This document shows, piece after piece, positions 24,983-27,638 of a stretch of DNA of 27,638 nt. The DNA is from a virus (taxonomy: Duplodnaviria; Caudoviricetes). Within the stretch, counting starts at the first letter, position 1; each line of letters opens with the position of its first letter. The stretch spans positions 1 to 27,638 of the IMG/VR virus record IMGVR_UViG_3300043394_000460. One strand, written 5' to 3'. Position numbers and translations under genes: made by a program. The notes under the pieces are model-generated. The model worked only from the letters and a program-made list of their open reading frames with translations. It searched no databases and had not been told where the DNA came from.

Positions 24983-25003
24983 AATGTATATAGTTTTTTG
25001 TTT

Positions 25004-25052
25004 AAAAATAAAAAGGGCAGCGAAGTTAGTCCACTGCCCTCAAACTTCCAAG
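25004..25052 (-). terminator. Terminator hairpin overlapping a putative nrdJ promoter
   Basis: GGGCAGTGGA-ctaac-TTCGCTGCCC followed by TTTTTATTTTT. CTTG (25052-25049), 20-nt spacer, TAACTTCG (25028-25021). Confidence 0.7.
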
Positions 25053-25066
25053 ACAATTGGAAAATT

Positions 25067-25318
25067 CTAGCTAACTAATTTTCTTATTGCTGCACCTAAT
25101 TCCATATCATTAGGAATGGATTTAACTAAGTTAGTTATCTCCTCTTTCTGCGTTATCAACTTCTCTATATAGAGGGTTGCATCCATCATTTCTTCCTGAA
25201 TATGTCTTAAGTAGTTGTCCTTGTTATTACCCTCTAGAGTGGTACCATACTTACGTACGCCTACATCACTCCTACTCTGGTAGCGATTCACTACCTGCTG
25301 AACTATCTTGTCCTCCAT
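25067..25318 (-). CDS. Small all-alpha NTP pyrophosphatase-like (MazG-superfamily-like) protein
   Basis: R...G..KYGTTL.......HIQEEMMDATLY (EExxD motif), next to nrdJ. Confidence 0.5.
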   Translation of the reverse strand: MEDKIVQQVVNRYQSRSDVGVRKYGTTLEGNNKDNYLRHIQEEMMDATLYIEKLITQKEEITNLVKSIPNDMELGAAIRKLVS

Positions 25319-25691
25319 CTTCTTTATTTTTTAATACGCTTTCTAAAAATCTAAATGCTGTTGTAATTGCTTCTCTCTCAGCTTCATCTCTAGTGTATTC
25401 TTTATTATCCACAAGCATTCCTCCTGAAACCAAGATTTTGTAATTGAACTTCTTGTTCATATTAACATCAATTCCTATGTATACATCTTGTTCATCAAAG
25501 AACTTACATAGAGCAATAGGATTTGATTGTAAGATTCCATTAATGTCATCATTTACGAGTCCCATATTTTGCACCTGTTGAATCTCTTCATCAGTCATAG
25601 ACTGATTTTTTAGGTTCTCAATTATTAGTTTTAGATACCAATTCTTCGTTGCTTTCATAGACAACGGATATTTTTCCATCAAGTCTTGCAT
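25272..25691 (-). CDS. Hypothetical protein
   Basis: 139-aa ORF in the - strand operon. Confidence 0.7.
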   Translation of the reverse strand: MQDLMEKYPLSMKATKNWYLKLIIENLKNQSMTDEEIQQVQNMGLVNDDINGILQSNPIALCKFFDEQDVYIGIDVNMNKKFNYKILVSGGMLVDNKEYTRDEAEREAITTAFRFLESVLKNKEDGGQDSSAGSESLPE

Positions 25692-25875
25692 AATTGTTGT
25701 GTTTTAAGTTTTCAAATTTTGTTTTCCACCATTGGTGCTCATAAGCATATTCAAGGTTGGCATTTGGCTGTTTAGCCATTTCTCCATACATGAAGCTTAA
25801 TTCTTCAGCAAATTGTATGGCTCTGTTAAGACCAAACTCTCTGCTAATCATGTTAAATAAATGTTCGTTATACAT
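25618..25875 (-). CDS. Hypothetical protein
   Basis: 85-aa ORF in the - strand operon. Confidence 0.6.
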   Translation of the reverse strand: MYNEHLFNMISREFGLNRAIQFAEELSFMYGEMAKQPNANLEYAYEHQWWKTKFENLKHNNYARLDGKISVVYESNEELVSKTNN

Positions 25876-26413
25876 TGGTTTTCAATTTATTAAGGTCTAA
25901 CACTTCATTTTTATCTTCAAATGCATGCCAAATCTCTTGGTCATCATCAAATTCTACATCAAACCTGTCCTCCCAGAATTTAATCAAGTCTTCTGTTCTA
26001 TTGAAGACACGATATTGTAATGAAATCTCGTCCTTATGCAGGCCGTTTTTCATTATCTTTATCACTTTGGGGAACAGAGCTTGGAAAGCTTTAGATGTCT
26101 TGGAGTACTTTCCTTGTCGAATCATCTTAAAGTCTTTCTCGTATTCTTTGTTCAGACGATAAACAACCACTACATAGCCTCCTTCGTAATTATAGTCATC
26201 TATCAAATCTTTTGTCCTTTCATATTCACTATCCAGGAATTCCCTGAATCTGTCCACATTCTTAGGTTGGAACACCAGATAGATGCAGTCTGGATACTGC
26301 ACCTCTCTGTGTGAATCTTTTACATATCCATTTATGAAACCATTATCCTTCAAGGCATTCCTATCTATCTTGAGGGTGGGCACCATAAATATTGTTGTGA
26401 TCGTTTTCTCCAT
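25868..26413 (-). CDS. Hypothetical protein
   Basis: 181-aa ORF, TAATG-coupled to the nuclease. Confidence 0.75.
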   Translation of the reverse strand: MEKTITTIFMVPTLKIDRNALKDNGFINGYVKDSHREVQYPDCIYLVFQPKNVDRFREFLDSEYERTKDLIDDYNYEGGYVVVVYRLNKEYEKDFKMIRQGKYSKTSKAFQALFPKVIKIMKNGLHKDEISLQYRVFNRTEDLIKFWEDRFDVEFDDDQEIWHAFEDKNEVLDLNKLKTNV

Positions 26414-27462
26414 TAGCCCATAATTTTTACAAGTCCATTATTCTGATAGTTCTTTGCAGAAATATTCCAAACATTATTCTCTAGAGCCCATTTAAGGTCT
26501 GCAATAAGATTTTTTACGCCTGGATATTCTCTATTCTTGTGAGTGAAACCGTTATAGGCATTCTCCAAATCTTTATCAGAGAGAGTATAAATCAGTGGAT
26601 TGTAATAGTTTGTACTGTCACAAACAATGAACTTTGGAGGTTCTACACGATAGCCTCTGATCTCTGGTGTATTGTTCATGTAGTGAATTGCAGCTTTGTA
26701 ATACAATAAAGCTTGAATATATGCTCTGCGGTAGAGATAGTATTCTTCCAAGAAATTCTCTACAGACCATGTGCACTTAAGATCATATACCTGCACTGTT
26801 TTTTCCTCATGGTCAATAACCACCTTATCCATCATGCTTTTAAACTCATGGTGGTCCAGTGTATAACCTTCCACTTGTAGCTGATTGTGCACTGAATATC
26901 TAGGACTATTTACCAGATTCACTATATCCTTTGTGATAGGATTAGTACGAAGTTCTGTAACGATCTTTTCAGCGTTAGCCACGTCTTCGGTGGTGACAAC
27001 TGTCAATCCATTAGCTCTCACCTTACGAATCTCATTGTAGAATATTTCTGCATCTGATCCTACAAACTTACCTATTACAGCGTCGTATTTGATTTTGAAT
27101 CCAGATTCTACATAAGCATCCTTGGAAATGTCCTCAAAGCTTCTGGTCACCTGTCCATGTTCGTTGGTAGCTTCTTTTGTAAACTTGTATAGAGCCTCTA
27201 CAAAATTGAGCATCAATCCTGTAGGTGCACTTACACATGAAGACATGTAAAACTTCTCATCGAACAATTCTGGTTCCATAAGAAGGGTTTCGACAAGTCT
27301 TCCCATGTTTGCAGCTTGAGAGTCTTTATCTTCTACAGACTCACCAAGAATATGCTTTTTGTAATACTTCTTCCTGTCCATACTGAAATCCTTCAGACTG
27401 GAAGAACTGTCTATAGTTTTGGCCCTATAGTTGGCTTCTGTACTAATCTCTCCTTTGATCAT
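26413..27462 (-). CDS. PD-(D/E)XK nuclease, exonuclease VIII/DUF3799-like
   Basis: SSSSLK.F, MG...ETLLMEP..F, KSMMD...D......YDLK.T, Y.Q...Y. Start at 27462 or 27486. Confidence 0.8.
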   Translation of the reverse strand: MIKGEISTEANYRAKTIDSSSSLKDFSMDRKKYYKKHILGESVEDKDSQAANMGRLVETLLMEPELFDEKFYMSSCVSAPTGLMLNFVEALYKFTKEATNEHGQVTRSFEDISKDAYVESGFKIKYDAVIGKFVGSDAEIFYNEIRKVRANGLTVVTTEDVANAEKIVTELRTNPITKDIVNLVNSPRYSVHNQLQVEGYTLDHHEFKSMMDKVVIDHEEKTVQVYDLKCTWSVENFLEEYYLYRRAYIQALLYYKAAIHYMNNTPEIRGYRVEPPKFIVCDSTNYYNPLIYTLSDKDLENAYNGFTHKNREYPGVKNLIADLKWALENNVWNISAKNYQNNGLVKIMG

Positions 27463-27637
27463 CTTCTGTTTGTTTAAATGCTTCAATAATAGCGTTATAC
27501 ATGACTCTCACATCTCTAGGTACACGATTGAAGAACCACCTCACCTCTGGGGCATATTCATTACCTCTAGGATCTACTCCTTGAGGATTGATTAACCAGA
27601 AGTAATGTCTTTCTCCTTCGTGCTCCACATATCCTTC
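27443..27637 (-). CDS. Hypothetical protein, 5'-truncated by the window edge
   Basis: Frame stays open from GTG 27628 up to the window end. Confidence 0.55.
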   Translation of the reverse strand, partial: EGYVEHEGERHYFWLINPQGVDPRGNEYAPEVRWFFNRVPRDVRVMYNAIIEAFKQTEDDQRRD

Positions 27638-27638
27638 A

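Noticed and set aside
24983-25066. Cobalamin riboswitch upstream of nrdJ
   Set aside because: The intergenic region is only 84 nt and shows a simple terminator, with no B12-box.
1-27638. tRNA, rRNA, integrase or transposase genes
   Set aside because: No cloverleaf or T-loop signature in the short intergenic gaps and no matching protein motifs seen by eye. tRNAscan-SE would confirm.

Overview
A 27.6-kb segment of a large AT-rich dsDNA phage, most likely infecting a Bacteroidota host: TTTG-N19/20-TAnnTTTG promoters recur and start codons have A-rich contexts with no obvious Shine-Dalgarno. Two gene blocks converge on a bidirectional terminator at about 14843-14873. The + strand block (1-14843) encodes glycosyltransferases, a sulfotransferase/APS-kinase/HxGH-nucleotidyltransferase operon, an inverted GT4 + Aah/TibC-like O-heptosyltransferase cassette, a lysis module, probable virion decoration proteins with collagen or poly-Thr tails, an HPAT/SERGT-like glycosyltransferase, a ferritin-like protein and several small Lys-rich proteins. 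The - strand block (14948-27638) encodes a PD-(D/E)XK nuclease, a class II ribonucleotide reductase split by a group I intron, RecA, dUTPase, PhoH, a RyR-domain protein, an Acb2-like protein, GroES and a GT2/methyltransferase/GT43-like trio. Six homing-endonuclease-like genes are interspersed. The leading hypothesis is a phage-encoded protein O-glycosylation, sulfation and methylation system that builds a mucin- or proteoglycan-like coat on poly-Thr mini-proteins. All family assignments come from motif recognition by eye; no database search was run.
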